A stretch of 64,000 nucleotides of DNA from contig CASFNK010000002.1 of NCBI GenBank assembly GCA_949295995.1, positions 46,286-110,285 of the forward strand, in the 5' to 3' direction. The position numbers and the translations under genes are program-made. Below, piece after piece: positions 1 to 9,675 of the stretch (its first letter is position 1; every line of letters begins with the position of its first letter). This DNA is from an uncultured Pseudomonadota bacterium (GTDB lineage Bacteria > Pseudomonadota > Alphaproteobacteria > RF32 > CAG-239). The notes beneath the pieces are model-generated. The model did no database searches. It was given only the letters and a program-made list of their open reading frames with translations, and was not told the DNA's origin.

Positions 1-656
1 GTCTGGTAGGTCGCCAATTAATGGATATCGGCTTTTATTCTTTACCGGTTGTGGCTTTAACCACAATTTTTGCTGGTATGGTCATTGCCTTGCAAACCTA
101 TTCAGGTTTTTCAAGCTACGGAGCGGAAAGTGCGGTTGCGCAGGTTGTATTGATTGCGGTTACGCGTGAGTTAGCACCGGTATTCTGCGGTCTGATGGTT
201 GCCGGTCGAATTGGTGCCGCCATGGCTGCTGAAATCGGAACCATGCGTGTTACCGAGCAAATTGATGCCTTGGTTACCTTATCCACCAACCCATTTAAGT
301 ACTTGGTTGCTCCAAGACTTTTGGCTGGTGTCATAGTATTGCCTTTACTGGTTTTAATCGGTGATATTATAGGTATTTTCGGAGGTTACGTTGTTGCAAT
401 TTATCAGTTAGGTTTTAACCCTGCCAATTATATTAATTCCACCATCAACGAGTTGCAATCCATTGATATTATGATAGGTATTACCAAAGGCGCGGTCTTT
501 GGCTTTATCATTTCTTTGATGGGTTGCTATAATGGTTACAAATCCAAAGGTGGCGCGCAAGGTGTCGGCGATGCAACCACCAATGCTGTTGTTGCCTCTT
601 CGATTTTGATTTTAATTTTCAACTACATCATTACCGGTATGTTCTTTACCAAATAA
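1..656 (+). CDS. mlaE: MlaE-family ABC transporter permease, 5' end cut by window edge
   Basis: Frame is open from nt 3 (LVGRQL precedes the first Met). Multi-TM protein typical of the MlaE C-terminal half. ATPase partner follows 18 nt downstream. Confidence 0.85.
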   Translation, partial: LVGRQLMDIGFYSLPVVALTTIFAGMVIALQTYSGFSSYGAESAVAQVVLIAVTRELAPVFCGLMVAGRIGAAMAAEIGTMRVTEQIDALVTLSTNPFKYLVAPRLLAGVIVLPLLVLIGDIIGIFGGYVVAIYQLGFNPANYINSTINELQSIDIMIGITKGAVFGFIISLMGCYNGYKSKGGAQGVGDATTNAVVASSILILIFNYIITGMFFTK

Positions 657-674
657 GAGCAAGGAGAAAAGACT

Positions 675-1439
675 ATGAACGAAAATAAAATAGAAATTCG
701 CAATCTCTCCAAAGCATTTGGTAAAAAGGTTGTACTAGACGGGATAGACTTGGATGTTAAAAGAGGTGAATCCTTAGTTGTTATCGGAGGTTCCGGTACC
801 GGAAAATCGGTTTTAATCAAATGTATCCAAGGCTTGCTAAATGCCGACAGCGGCTCGATTAAGGTTGATGAAGAAGAAGTTGTCGGAGCCCCGCGCAAAC
901 AAGTTGAGGCAATGCATACCAAGATGGGAATGTTGTTCCAAGGAGGTGCATTGTTTGATAGTTTAAGCGTATGGGAGAATGTTGCTTTTGGTTTGATTGA
1001 AAATCAAGATATGCCCAAAAAACAAGCCAAAAACGAGGCTGTTCGCGTTTTACGCCAAGTAGGACTAGCCCCTGACGTTGCAGATCTTTCACCCTCAGAA
1101 CTTTCAGGCGGTATGCAAAAGCGCGTTGGTTTGGCCAGAGCCATTGCCACCCGTCCGGAAATCATCTTTTTTGATGAACCGACCACAGGTCTGGATCCGA
1201 TTATGTCAGACGTGATTAATGATTTGATTATTGAATCAGTTAAAGGCTTAGGCGCAACGGCTTTGACCATTACGCACGATATGGCTTCGGCTCGTAAAAT
1301 TGCCGATAAAATTGCCATGCTCTACAAAGGCAAAATCATTTGGCAAGGCACGGTTAAAGAGATGGATAAAACCGATAACCCGTATGTTCGCCAGTTTATA
1401 AACGGTTGTTCACAAGGTCCGATAAAAGTAGAGGTTTGA
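675..1439 (+). CDS. mlaF: MlaF-type ABC transporter ATP-binding protein
   Basis: Walker A GGSGTGKS, ABC signature LSGGMQKR, Walker B IIFFDEPTTGLD. AAGGAG SD upstream. Confidence 0.85.
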   Translation: MNENKIEIRNLSKAFGKKVVLDGIDLDVKRGESLVVIGGSGTGKSVLIKCIQGLLNADSGSIKVDEEEVVGAPRKQVEAMHTKMGMLFQGGALFDSLSVWENVAFGLIENQDMPKKQAKNEAVRVLRQVGLAPDVADLSPSELSGGMQKRVGLARAIATRPEIIFFDEPTTGLDPIMSDVINDLIIESVKGLGATALTITHDMASARKIADKIAMLYKGKIIWQGTVKEMDKTDNPYVRQFINGCSQGPIKVEV

Positions 1440-1442
1440 GGC

Positions 1443-2813
1443 ATGGCTAAAAAAGGCGGCAGCGAGTTTGTCTGTCAAAATTGCGGAGCGGTCTATCCCA
1501 AGTGGCAGGGCAAATGCGATTCCTGCGGTGAATGGAACTCTATTACAGAGGAACAAGTCGGCGGCGAAGGTTTTTCCAACCTTGCGCCCAAGAAAAAAGG
1601 GCGTATTTTGGAATTTGTACCGCTAAGTGGTTCGCAAGAGGCTCTGGCACGTCTTGTTACGGGTATTAAGGAGTTGGACCGAGTTTGTGGCGGGGGTTTA
1701 GTCCCCGGCTCGGCAATTTTGGTTGGTGGCGACCCTGGAATAGGTAAATCAACCTTATTGTTGCAAACTTGCGCCAGCATAGCTAATCAAGCCGGAGACC
1801 ATGAGTGTTATTATATTTCCGGCGAGGAGGCGATTGATCAGGTTCGGATTCGCGCCAAGCGTTTACAGCTTGAAAAATCCCCCGTCAAATTGACCTCAGC
1901 CACCAATGTCAAAGATATAATTACTACTTTGGAAGCCTCTCAAGCCGCCGTGGTGATAATCGATTCGATACAAACCATGTATTTGGAAGAAGTTGAATCC
2001 ACACCGGGCAGTGTAACTCAAGTCAGAGCCTGCGCTTATGAGCTGATAAAATTAGCTAAAAAGAAGGGCTTTACACTCTTTTTGGTCGGTCATGTTACCA
2101 AACAAGGTTCAATCGCCGGTCCCAGAGTGTTGGAACACATGGTTGATACCGTATTGTATTTTGAAGGAGAAAGAGGGCATCATTTCCGTATTTTGCGTGC
2201 AGTCAAGAACCGTTACGGCGCAACGGATGAAATCGGTGTTTTTGAAATGCAAGACCAAGGCTTGGTTGAAGTTGAAAATCCGTCTGCTTTGTTTTTGGCA
2301 GAGCGTCAGGGGAATATTTCCGGCTCATGCGTTTTTGCCGGTATTGAAGGTTCCAGACCTGTTTTGGTAGAGATTCAAGCACTCGTAAGTCCAACCGGCT
2401 ATGCCAGCCCCAAACGCGCAGTTGTCGGATGGGATTCTAATCGTTTGGCAATGGTTTTAGCGGTATTGGAAGCCCGTTGCGGCATGAATTTAAGCTCACA
2501 AGATGTATATTTGAATATCGCCGGCGGCTTAAAGATTTCGGAACCTGCGGCAGATTTAGCCGTAGCCATGGCGGTAATTTCTTCGCTGACCAACAAGCCG
2601 TTACCGGCGGATGCGGTTATTTTTGGTGAAATTGGTCTGTCAGGCGAAATTCGTGCCGTTTCTCAGCCGAACGCACGCTTAAAAGAGGCTTATAAGCTAG
2701 GTTTTCATAGCGCCATAACGCCTCCGACCCACAGCAAAGAAAAGAAACACAATTTAGATATCAATACTTATGAAATCGGAAACGTTCAAAGATTAATCAA
2801 TTGGTTTAATTAG
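1443..2813 (+). CDS. radA: DNA repair protein RadA
   Basis: N-terminal zinc finger CQNCG..CDSCGEWNS, Walker A GDPGIGKST, KNRYG motif, Lon-like C-terminal domain. Confidence 0.95.
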   Translation: MAKKGGSEFVCQNCGAVYPKWQGKCDSCGEWNSITEEQVGGEGFSNLAPKKKGRILEFVPLSGSQEALARLVTGIKELDRVCGGGLVPGSAILVGGDPGIGKSTLLLQTCASIANQAGDHECYYISGEEAIDQVRIRAKRLQLEKSPVKLTSATNVKDIITTLEASQAAVVIIDSIQTMYLEEVESTPGSVTQVRACAYELIKLAKKKGFTLFLVGHVTKQGSIAGPRVLEHMVDTVLYFEGERGHHFRILRAVKNRYGATDEIGVFEMQDQGLVEVENPSALFLAERQGNISGSCVFAGIEGSRPVLVEIQALVSPTGYASPKRAVVGWDSNRLAMVLAVLEARCGMNLSSQDVYLNIAGGLKISEPAADLAVAMAVISSLTNKPLPADAVIFGEIGLSGEIRAVSQPNARLKEAYKLGFHSAITPPTHSKEKKHNLDINTYEIGNVQRLINWFN

Positions 2814-2822
2814 GATAAAAAG

Positions 2823-3584
2823 ATGTCGCAACCATTAAACAATTTAGATATTGTCATTTTAATTATGTTGGGAATTTCTGCGCTCATAGCCTTGAGCCGA
2901 GGATTGATGAAAGAAGTTTTATCTATCATCGGCTGGGTTTTGGCCTCAGCCGCAGTTATATATTTTCTGCCCATATTTACGCCCATCACCAAAGAATACA
3001 TCGCCAGTGGAATGATAGCGGGCGTTGTTACGTCAATATTTATCTTAATTTTATTTATGGTAATCTGGATACTTTTAACCGGCAATATTGTTGATAAAAT
3101 CCGCTCCAGCAAATTAAGCTCGCTGGATAGAATGCTAGGGCTGTTTTTTGGCATAATGAGAGCCTTTTTATTGGTCATTTTGCTCAATATTCTGATTAGT
3201 TGGATAATGCCCAAAGAACGCCAACCTGAAACATTTAAGAATTCAAAATATTTTCAGTTAGCCGGAGAATTTGCCGAACCGATAGAAAATCTGATTCCGA
3301 AAGAAACACTTGACACCATCAAAGAAAAAGCCGCCACCATCAGCGGAACGGAAGAGAAATCCGAAGAAGATGAGGGCAAAGAAGAACTAAAAGAAGAACC
3401 AAAAGAAGAAAAAACCAACAAATCGAGTGATGATTTGTTTGAAAAATTAGCCCAACCGCAAGTCAAATCCAAGAAAAAAGCAAAGGCTGAGCAAAAAGCC
3501 CAACCTCTGCAAGAAGATTTTGATGGCTATAATATGCACGAGCGGATAAATTTAGACCGCTTGATAGAGAACTCTTTGGATTAG
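2823..3584 (+). CDS. cvpA: CvpA-family membrane protein with Lys/Glu-rich C-terminal extension
   Basis: Four predicted TM helices in the first ~130 aa, typical of CvpA, then a charged low-complexity tail. Position after radA is common. Confidence 0.65.
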   Translation: MSQPLNNLDIVILIMLGISALIALSRGLMKEVLSIIGWVLASAAVIYFLPIFTPITKEYIASGMIAGVVTSIFILILFMVIWILLTGNIVDKIRSSKLSSLDRMLGLFFGIMRAFLLVILLNILISWIMPKERQPETFKNSKYFQLAGEFAEPIENLIPKETLDTIKEKAATISGTEEKSEEDEGKEELKEEPKEEKTNKSSDDLFEKLAQPQVKSKKKAKAEQKAQPLQEDFDGYNMHERINLDRLIENSLD

Positions 3585-3934
3585 AACCAAGCGTTTTCAA
3601 TATGTTGAAAATCAAGGGGAAAAGCAACTAAAATTGCGTCAAAGCGCATATCATAATTTTCAAATTGCGGGTTGAGAGCCAAAAAAGCCTCAGCCCCTTT
3701 TTTTATGCGAGATTTTTGAGTTTCCGAAATGGCATAAGCGGCGTTTTCCAGAGTTTTTCTTTTTTTTACTTCAACAAAGACGAGGAGATTATCTTTTTTA
3801 GCAATAATATCAATCTCGCCGGCATGAGTACCTTTTCCGGTTTTATAGTTTCTGGCAACAATTTTATAGCCTTTGGTTTTGAGCAATCCGCAAGCCAAAA
3901 ATTCAGCTAATTTTCCGGCACTATAATTTGTCAT
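3581..3934 (-). CDS. yraN: YraN-family (UPF0102) endonuclease-like protein
   Basis: 117 aa with the GEIDIIA and FVEVK motifs characteristic of YraN. Overlaps the rsmI stop by 14 nt. Confidence 0.8.
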   Translation of the reverse strand: MTNYSAGKLAEFLACGLLKTKGYKIVARNYKTGKGTHAGEIDIIAKKDNLLVFVEVKKRKTLENAAYAISETQKSRIKKGAEAFLALNPQFENYDMRFDAILVAFPLDFQHIENAWF

Positions 3935-4757
3935 TTTTAAGTTTCAAAGCCAATTCATAGACGTTATTTTTATTCAAATGATAAGTATCTGCAATTTCTT
4001 TCACCGCCGACTTTAATGTCGTATTTTTAAGTTTTTCTTTTAAGAAGGCTTCAATGTCAATTTCCGATACTGAAGGCTCATTAGGGGGAGCCACCATCAA
4101 CACCATTTCCCCTTTGGGCGGATTATTTTCAAAGTGTTGAATTAACTCTTCCGCTGTGCCGTTGAGGCATTCTTCATAGAGCTTGGTAATTTCTCTGGCG
4201 ACGGCAATTTCTCTGTTTTGAAAATATTTTTGCGCCACATTAAGAGTTTTTTCGATTCTCTGCGCGGTTTCATAAAACACCAAGGTTGAATTAAGTGAGC
4301 AAAGCTCCTTAAACAAATCCTCTCGCGCTTTTTCTTTGTTGGGAATAAATCCGGCAAACATAAAACGATTGGTCGGTAAGCCTGAAAGTTGTAAAGCTGA
4401 AATTACGGCGCAACACCCAGGAACTGTCCAAACTCTAACGCCTTGCTCACGGCATTTCCGAACCAGCTTATATCCGGGGTCTGAAATCAAAGGAGAACCG
4501 GCATCACTCACAAGAGCCAGAGATTTTCCCTCATTAATGAGGTCAATTAATTTTTGGGCTTGTTGCTCTTCATTATGGTCTTGGTAAGTGATAAAAGGCT
4601 TGTTTGCATCAAGCGAAAGCAGGGCAAAGAGTTTTCTTGTTACTCTTGTGTCTTCGCAAGCAATGACATCGGCTTGAGTTAAAACCTCTAAAGCTCTTTG
4701 AGAAATATCGGCAAGATTACCGATAGGTGTTGCAACCACATACAATCCGTTATTCAT
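3921..4757 (-). CDS. rsmI: 16S rRNA (cytidine1402-2'-O)-methyltransferase RsmI
   Basis: LYVVATPIGNLADIS, ACEDTR and tetrapyrrole-methylase-fold motifs. Divergent from an lpoA-like gene, as in E. coli. Confidence 0.9.
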   Translation of the reverse strand: MNNGLYVVATPIGNLADISQRALEVLTQADVIACEDTRVTRKLFALLSLDANKPFITYQDHNEEQQAQKLIDLINEGKSLALVSDAGSPLISDPGYKLVRKCREQGVRVWTVPGCCAVISALQLSGLPTNRFMFAGFIPNKEKAREDLFKELCSLNSTLVFYETAQRIEKTLNVAQKYFQNREIAVAREITKLYEECLNGTAEELIQHFENNPPKGEMVLMVAPPNEPSVSEIDIEAFLKEKLKNTTLKSAVKEIADTYHLNKNNVYELALKLKNDKL

Positions 4758-4828
4758 TATTCTATCACTTTACAAACAAAGAAAATTAAGCTAACTTCAG
4801 GCTATATGATTTTCTATTTTAGGATAAA

Positions 4829-6301
4829 TTGCAAGTGTTAAAAAAAATAAGTTTTTTGCTGGGCTTTTTAGTTTTAAGCGGCTGCCAAAGTACCAATGTG
4901 AGTATGGAAGGCGGAATAAACGATTCCAACACCGAAATCAGTGAAGTAAATTTCGGCGGAGATGACAAATTCAGAGTAGGGGTTTTGTTGCCCTTAAGCG
5001 GTACAGCCGCCAAACAAGGTCAAGGGCTTAAAAATGCCACCATGATAGCTTTGGAAGATGTCCGCAATCCTAAACTTGTTTTGCAATATTACGATACCAA
5101 AGGCACACCCGAAGGGGCACGCGTTGCGGTAACCAACGCTATTAATCAGCAAAGCCGCCTGATAATCGGCCCCTTAAAAAGCACGTCGGTTCAAGCCATT
5201 TCGGAAGAAACACGCTCGCATGACATTCCGGTCATCGCCTTCAGTACGGTCTCAAGTGTCTTGCAGCCGGAAGTTTATACTTTAGGCTTAATGGTAGAAG
5301 AACAGGTTGACCGCATAGTTACTTATGCCGCACAAAACGGACGTTCTCGTTTTGCATTATTGATTCCGGATAATAACACCGGCGTAGCGGTAGCCCGTGC
5401 CGCGGTCAAATCCGCTCAAAAAAACGGCGTTACCATCACTCGTATAGGATTTTATACACCGGGTACGACCGATTTTGCCTCTATTACCCGTAAGCTGTCG
5501 GACTATGATACCCGTACGGCACGTTTGCAGCGTCTCAAAAACAGCCTCAAAACTAAAATGAGCCAAGGAGACGCAAGTGCCGGAAGAGTTCTTGAACGCC
5601 TAAACAAAACCGATACCTTAGGCGATGTTGATTTTGATGCCGTCTTAATCCCTGAAAGCGGTGCAAGTTTGAAAGCGGCGGTTTCAATGTTTGGTTATTA
5701 TGATGTCTATGCGCCACAAGTAAAATTTATCGGCACCAGCGTATGGGAAAACACGGTTTTGAATAAAGAATCCACTATGCGCGGGAGTTGGTTTCCTGCC
5801 TTATCACGCTCACACAGCGGCTATTTTATTGAAAAATATACTGAAATTTTCGGGGAGCGTCCAAGTAGCCTTTACTCCATGGGCTATGATGCGGTAGCCT
5901 TAGCTTCGGCACTATCGCAAACGCCTAACGCCGACCTTAATACCGCCATCACCGATAAAGACGGTTATGTTGGTATCAATGGTGCTTTTCGCTTGCTGGA
6001 AAATGGTCAAAACCAACATAGCTTAGATATTGTTGAAGTCCGCCCAAGCGGCAACTTTATCATTAACGAAGCCCCGAAACAATTCTCTCTTTCTCCAAAC
6101 GAGAACAGCGGCAACATAGTTTTAGAGCCGGGTTACGTTGCACCAAGAATATTTGGCAAAGACACCTCAACCGCCCAAACTCTAATCTATGGTTATCCGC
6201 TCAGTCTTGAAAATCAACCTTTAGACTATGTTCCGAGTGATAAAGAAAAAGAAATCGTCAAACAAGGGTTAGAGAAGTTAAATATCGTTATTTCGGATTA
6301 G
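4829..6301 (+). CDS. Periplasmic-binding-protein-fold lipoprotein (LpoA-like PBP activator or LivK-like)
   Basis: Lipobox LVLSGC. Type I periplasmic binding fold pattern (GVLLPLSG, IIGPL). Synteny with rsmI and yraN. Confidence 0.6.
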   Translation: MQVLKKISFLLGFLVLSGCQSTNVSMEGGINDSNTEISEVNFGGDDKFRVGVLLPLSGTAAKQGQGLKNATMIALEDVRNPKLVLQYYDTKGTPEGARVAVTNAINQQSRLIIGPLKSTSVQAISEETRSHDIPVIAFSTVSSVLQPEVYTLGLMVEEQVDRIVTYAAQNGRSRFALLIPDNNTGVAVARAAVKSAQKNGVTITRIGFYTPGTTDFASITRKLSDYDTRTARLQRLKNSLKTKMSQGDASAGRVLERLNKTDTLGDVDFDAVLIPESGASLKAAVSMFGYYDVYAPQVKFIGTSVWENTVLNKESTMRGSWFPALSRSHSGYFIEKYTEIFGERPSSLYSMGYDAVALASALSQTPNADLNTAITDKDGYVGINGAFRLLENGQNQHSLDIVEVRPSGNFIINEAPKQFSLSPNENSGNIVLEPGYVAPRIFGKDTSTAQTLIYGYPLSLENQPLDYVPSDKEKEIVKQGLEKLNIVISD

Positions 6302-6402
6302 AAAAGCGGTGTTGATAGATGATTTTTTCCTTGAAAAAAAGGGGAATATCGATGATATTAAACTAAGTAAAATTTATGCTTTTCACTAAAGAAAAGTCAA
6401 AA

Positions 6403-6489
6403 GGAGGACGTTGGGTTAGCCCTTCGCCAACCCGGTCAGGTCCGGAAGGAAGCAGCCGTAACGAATAAGGTTAAGGTCATTCGTCCTCC
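6403..6489 (+). ncRNA. ffs: Signal recognition particle RNA (small 4.5S type)
   Basis: Contains GGUCAGGUCCGGAAGGAAGCAGCC, the conserved domain IV core. Closing helix GGAGGACG / CGUCCUCC. Located just upstream of dnaX, as in many bacteria. Confidence 0.85.
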
Positions 6490-6515
6490 ACCTCAAAGTA
6501 AAAGAAGATAATTTA

Positions 6516-8246
6516 ATGGCAGAAGAAAATAACGAAAATCAATATGTGGTTTTAGCCCGTAAGTACCGCCCGCAAACGTTTGAAGACTTGCTGGGACAAG
6601 ATGCTTTGGTTCAAACCCTGACCAATGCCATTAAAAACAATCGTCTGCACCATGCCTATATTTTAACCGGAATCCGCGGCGTTGGTAAAACCACAACCGC
6701 CAGACTTATTGCCAAGGCTCTAAACTGTACTGGATTAGACGGTAAAGGCGGTCCGACCATACACCCTTGCGGTGTTTGTAAAAATTGCAAAGCCATTGCT
6801 GCCGGCAGACATATTGATGTTATGGAGTTGGATGCTGCCTCTCGTACAGGTGTTGATGATATTCGTGAAATTTTGGACGGTGTCAGATACAAGCCGACCA
6901 ATGCGCGTTATAAAATATATATCATCGACGAAGTCCACATGCTCTCCAAAAATGCGTTTAACGCTCTGTTAAAAACGCTGGAAGAGCCACCTTCGCATGT
7001 AAAATTTATCTTTGCCACGACCGAAATACGCAAAGTTCCGGTTACGGTATTGTCGCGTTGTCAAAGGTTTGACTTGCAACGCCTTTCAATAGAGGATTTG
7101 CTCAAACTCTTTAACAAAATCATTGCCGCCGAAAACCTCAAAGCCGAAGATGAGGCTCTGCATATAATAGCCAAAGCGGCAGATGGTTCGGCACGAGATA
7201 GCTTGTCTTTGCTTGACCAAGCCATTTCTTTGGGGGCAGGGGTAATCAAAACCGACATTGTTAAAGAGATGATAGGTTTAGCTGACCGCAATCAAACTTT
7301 TGAATTGTTTGAAAGCCTGATTAGCGGGGACACCAAAGAGAGTTTGCTCAAACTCCAAACCCAGTATCAAAACGGTGCCAACCCGACCTCTTTATTGCAA
7401 GACTTGATAAACATTACCCACTTGCTTGCCAAAACTAAATTAATACCGAGTTTTATCAACGATTCGTCCTTAAGCGAAACCGAAAGAGACTTTTGCCAAA
7501 GACTAAATTCCAAGGTATCAATTGCGATTCTCTCTAAAATCTGGCAAATGATGATAAAGGGCTTAGGCGAACTTCAAGCCGCTCCGGTGCAAATAGACGC
7601 GCTTGAAATGATATTAATTCGCGTGGCTTATTCGGCATCATTACCGACGCCTTACGAGCTGTTAAACGACGTAAAAAAAAACTCTAATTTAGGCAATTTC
7701 CGCCCGCAAGTTTCACAAGCCGAAACTCAGACCACACCGCCGCCGGTTTTTAACCGTGCTTTGGCGGCAGAGCCTGAACCAAATACCGCCGATAGCAATT
7801 TTCTGACTTTTAACCAACTTTCAGACCTCTTAAATTATTTAGAAGTGCATAAAATGCCCTTGGCGGAATATGCTTTGAAAAATGATGTTTCTATATCAGA
7901 ATTTAAGAGCGGCTATATCAAAATGACAGCCTCAGATAAAATTCACCCTGATTTTATCCTAAACTTGCACAAGATATTGACCCAAGCCACAGGTTTAACT
8001 TGGAAAATTGAGATGGCTAGAGGCACATTGGGCGTTACTGTGGCCGATATGGAAAAAGCCGCCGAAGAGGAAGAAAAACGCAACATAATGGAATATCCGT
8101 TAGTTAAAGCGATAATGGCAGAATTTAAGGGTGCAAAAATCGAAACTGCAACCCGCAAAATAGCTGAAGAAGATGAGGACGAAAGCTCAAACTTCTTTGG
8201 CGGAGAAACTTCAGAAATAATATATGACGAGGACAACGAACAATGA
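6516..8246 (+). CDS. dnaX: DNA polymerase III subunit gamma/tau
   Basis: Walker A GIRGVGKTT, zinc module CGVCKNCK, SRC motif (LSRCQRF), acidic C-terminus. Confidence 0.95.
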   Translation: MAEENNENQYVVLARKYRPQTFEDLLGQDALVQTLTNAIKNNRLHHAYILTGIRGVGKTTTARLIAKALNCTGLDGKGGPTIHPCGVCKNCKAIAAGRHIDVMELDAASRTGVDDIREILDGVRYKPTNARYKIYIIDEVHMLSKNAFNALLKTLEEPPSHVKFIFATTEIRKVPVTVLSRCQRFDLQRLSIEDLLKLFNKIIAAENLKAEDEALHIIAKAADGSARDSLSLLDQAISLGAGVIKTDIVKEMIGLADRNQTFELFESLISGDTKESLLKLQTQYQNGANPTSLLQDLINITHLLAKTKLIPSFINDSSLSETERDFCQRLNSKVSIAILSKIWQMMIKGLGELQAAPVQIDALEMILIRVAYSASLPTPYELLNDVKKNSNLGNFRPQVSQAETQTTPPPVFNRALAAEPEPNTADSNFLTFNQLSDLLNYLEVHKMPLAEYALKNDVSISEFKSGYIKMTASDKIHPDFILNLHKILTQATGLTWKIEMARGTLGVTVADMEKAAEEEEKRNIMEYPLVKAIMAEFKGAKIETATRKIAEEDEDESSNFFGGETSEIIYDEDNEQ

Positions 8247-8563
8247 TGAATATTCAAGGAATAATGAAACAAGCGCAAATGATGCAAAAGAAAATGGAAG
8301 AAGCGCAAGCCAAATTAGCTCAGCAAGAAATTACTGGCACCAGCGGCGGTGGCTTGGTAAAAATTACGCTGAACGGCAAATTTGAGGCCAAAAAGGTAGA
8401 GCTTGACAAATCGCTTTTGGTACCTGAAGAAGTCGATATCCTTGAAGACCTGATTTTAGCGGCCTACAACGATGCTCATGCCAAAGTTGATACAGCGATG
8501 AGCGAAGGCATGAAAGACGTTACTGGCGGGTTAAATTTGGGCGGAATTAAACTTCCTTTTTAA
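8243..8563 (+). CDS. ybaB: YbaB/EbfC nucleoid-associated protein
   Basis: 106 aa. MMQKKMEEAQAKL followed by the GGGLVKITLNG pattern. 4-nt overlap with dnaX. dnaX-ybaB-recR synteny. Confidence 0.9.
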   Translation: MMNIQGIMKQAQMMQKKMEEAQAKLAQQEITGTSGGGLVKITLNGKFEAKKVELDKSLLVPEEVDILEDLILAAYNDAHAKVDTAMSEGMKDVTGGLNLGGIKLPF

Positions 8564-8575
8564 GGGGTAACGACC

Positions 8576-9169
8576 TTGGCCGGAAAAGAAATTGAAAAAC
8601 TCATCAAGCAGGTTGCCAAACTTCCTTCTCTTGGCACACGTTCATCAAGACGAATTGTCTTGCACCTTCTAAAAAAGAGGGAAACCTTGTTGCTACCGTT
8701 AATAGAGAGCTTAAATGAGGTTGCCTCTCGCGTAACAACTTGTGAAATTTGTGGCAATTTTGATACCACAAACCCTTGCTCAATCTGTGCATCAGATAAA
8801 AGGGATTATCAGCAAATTTGTGTGGTGCAAGATGTTGCCGATTTATGGGCCATGGAGAGAGTATCTTTCTTTAAGGGAAAATATCATGTTTTAGGCGGCG
8901 TTTTATCGGCCTTAGACGGAGTTGCACCTGAGGATTTGAACATTGAGAACTTGCTCTACCGCCTAACCAAAGAAAACATACAGGAAGTTATTTTGGCGCT
9001 TTCGGCGACGGTTGACGGGCAAATTACCTCACACTATCTGGTCTCCAAGCTCAAAGACAGCAATGTAAAAGTAACCACTCTAGCCCAAGGTATTCCGATG
9101 GGTGCGGAATTAGATTATATGGACGAGGGAACAATCCAATTAGCCCTAAACTCCCGCAAACTCCTCTAA
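8576..9169 (+). CDS. recR: Recombination protein RecR (TTG start in ORF track)
   Basis: HhH N-terminus, C4 zinc finger CEICGN..CSIC, Toprim domain. Confidence 0.93.
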   Translation: MAGKEIEKLIKQVAKLPSLGTRSSRRIVLHLLKKRETLLLPLIESLNEVASRVTTCEICGNFDTTNPCSICASDKRDYQQICVVQDVADLWAMERVSFFKGKYHVLGGVLSALDGVAPEDLNIENLLYRLTKENIQEVILALSATVDGQITSHYLVSKLKDSNVKVTTLAQGIPMGAELDYMDEGTIQLALNSRKLL

Positions 9170-9183
9170 ACAAAAGCCTCTTT

Positions 9184-9675
9184 TCAAAGAGGCTTTTGTA
9201 CATCAAAACTATCAATAATCGGCTTAAATTCTTTTACCATTTTAGTATAGACATCTTTTTTTATTTCCCAGACCAAATCAGGGGCTTCTTCAATATTTTT
9301 CCATGCGAATTCATCAAATTCAGGCTCTGCTGTGTAAAGGTTTATTTCGTTGTCTTTACCGGTAAAATAGAACAATGACCAATATTGGTCTTGTCCGTCG
9401 CTCAAAATGCCTTGAGAGCGAAATTTTTGCTTAACGCTTTCGGGAAATTCGTAACGTAAGGCATAATCAAGCGTTTTAACCGCAACGACTGATTTTACGG
9501 AAGTTTCTTCAAACAATTCTCTTTGCGCGGCTTGTAGCGGTGTTTCTCCTAGCTCGATTCCCCCTTGAGGAAATTGCCAACCATCTGTTTTGGGTTGAAC
9601 GCGCCGACACATCAAAACCTTTTTTTGAGCGTTAAAAACAACCACACCTGCATTTTTTCTAAAATGTTTTTCCAT
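9184..9675 (-). CDS. rppH: RNA pyrophosphohydrolase (Nudix)
   Basis: Nudix box GGIELGETPLQAAQRELFEETSV. Size and flanking synteny are typical of RppH. Confidence 0.85.
   Translation of the reverse strand: MEKHFRKNAGVVVFNAQKKVLMCRRVQPKTDGWQFPQGGIELGETPLQAAQRELFEETSVKSVVAVKTLDYALRYEFPESVKQKFRSQGILSDGQDQYWSLFYFTGKDNEINLYTAEPEFDEFAWKNIEEAPDLVWEIKKDVYTKMVKEFKPIIDSFDVQKPL

Noticed and set aside
3330-3500. Lys/Glu-rich low-complexity coding stretches. These are the CvpA tail here, the EnvC coiled coil at 12600-13000, and acidic linkers at 45450-45700. I considered them as possible DNA repeats.
   Set aside because: They are compositional bias of charged coiled-coil or linker regions within intact ORFs. 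No exact tandem DNA repeat unit could be traced.
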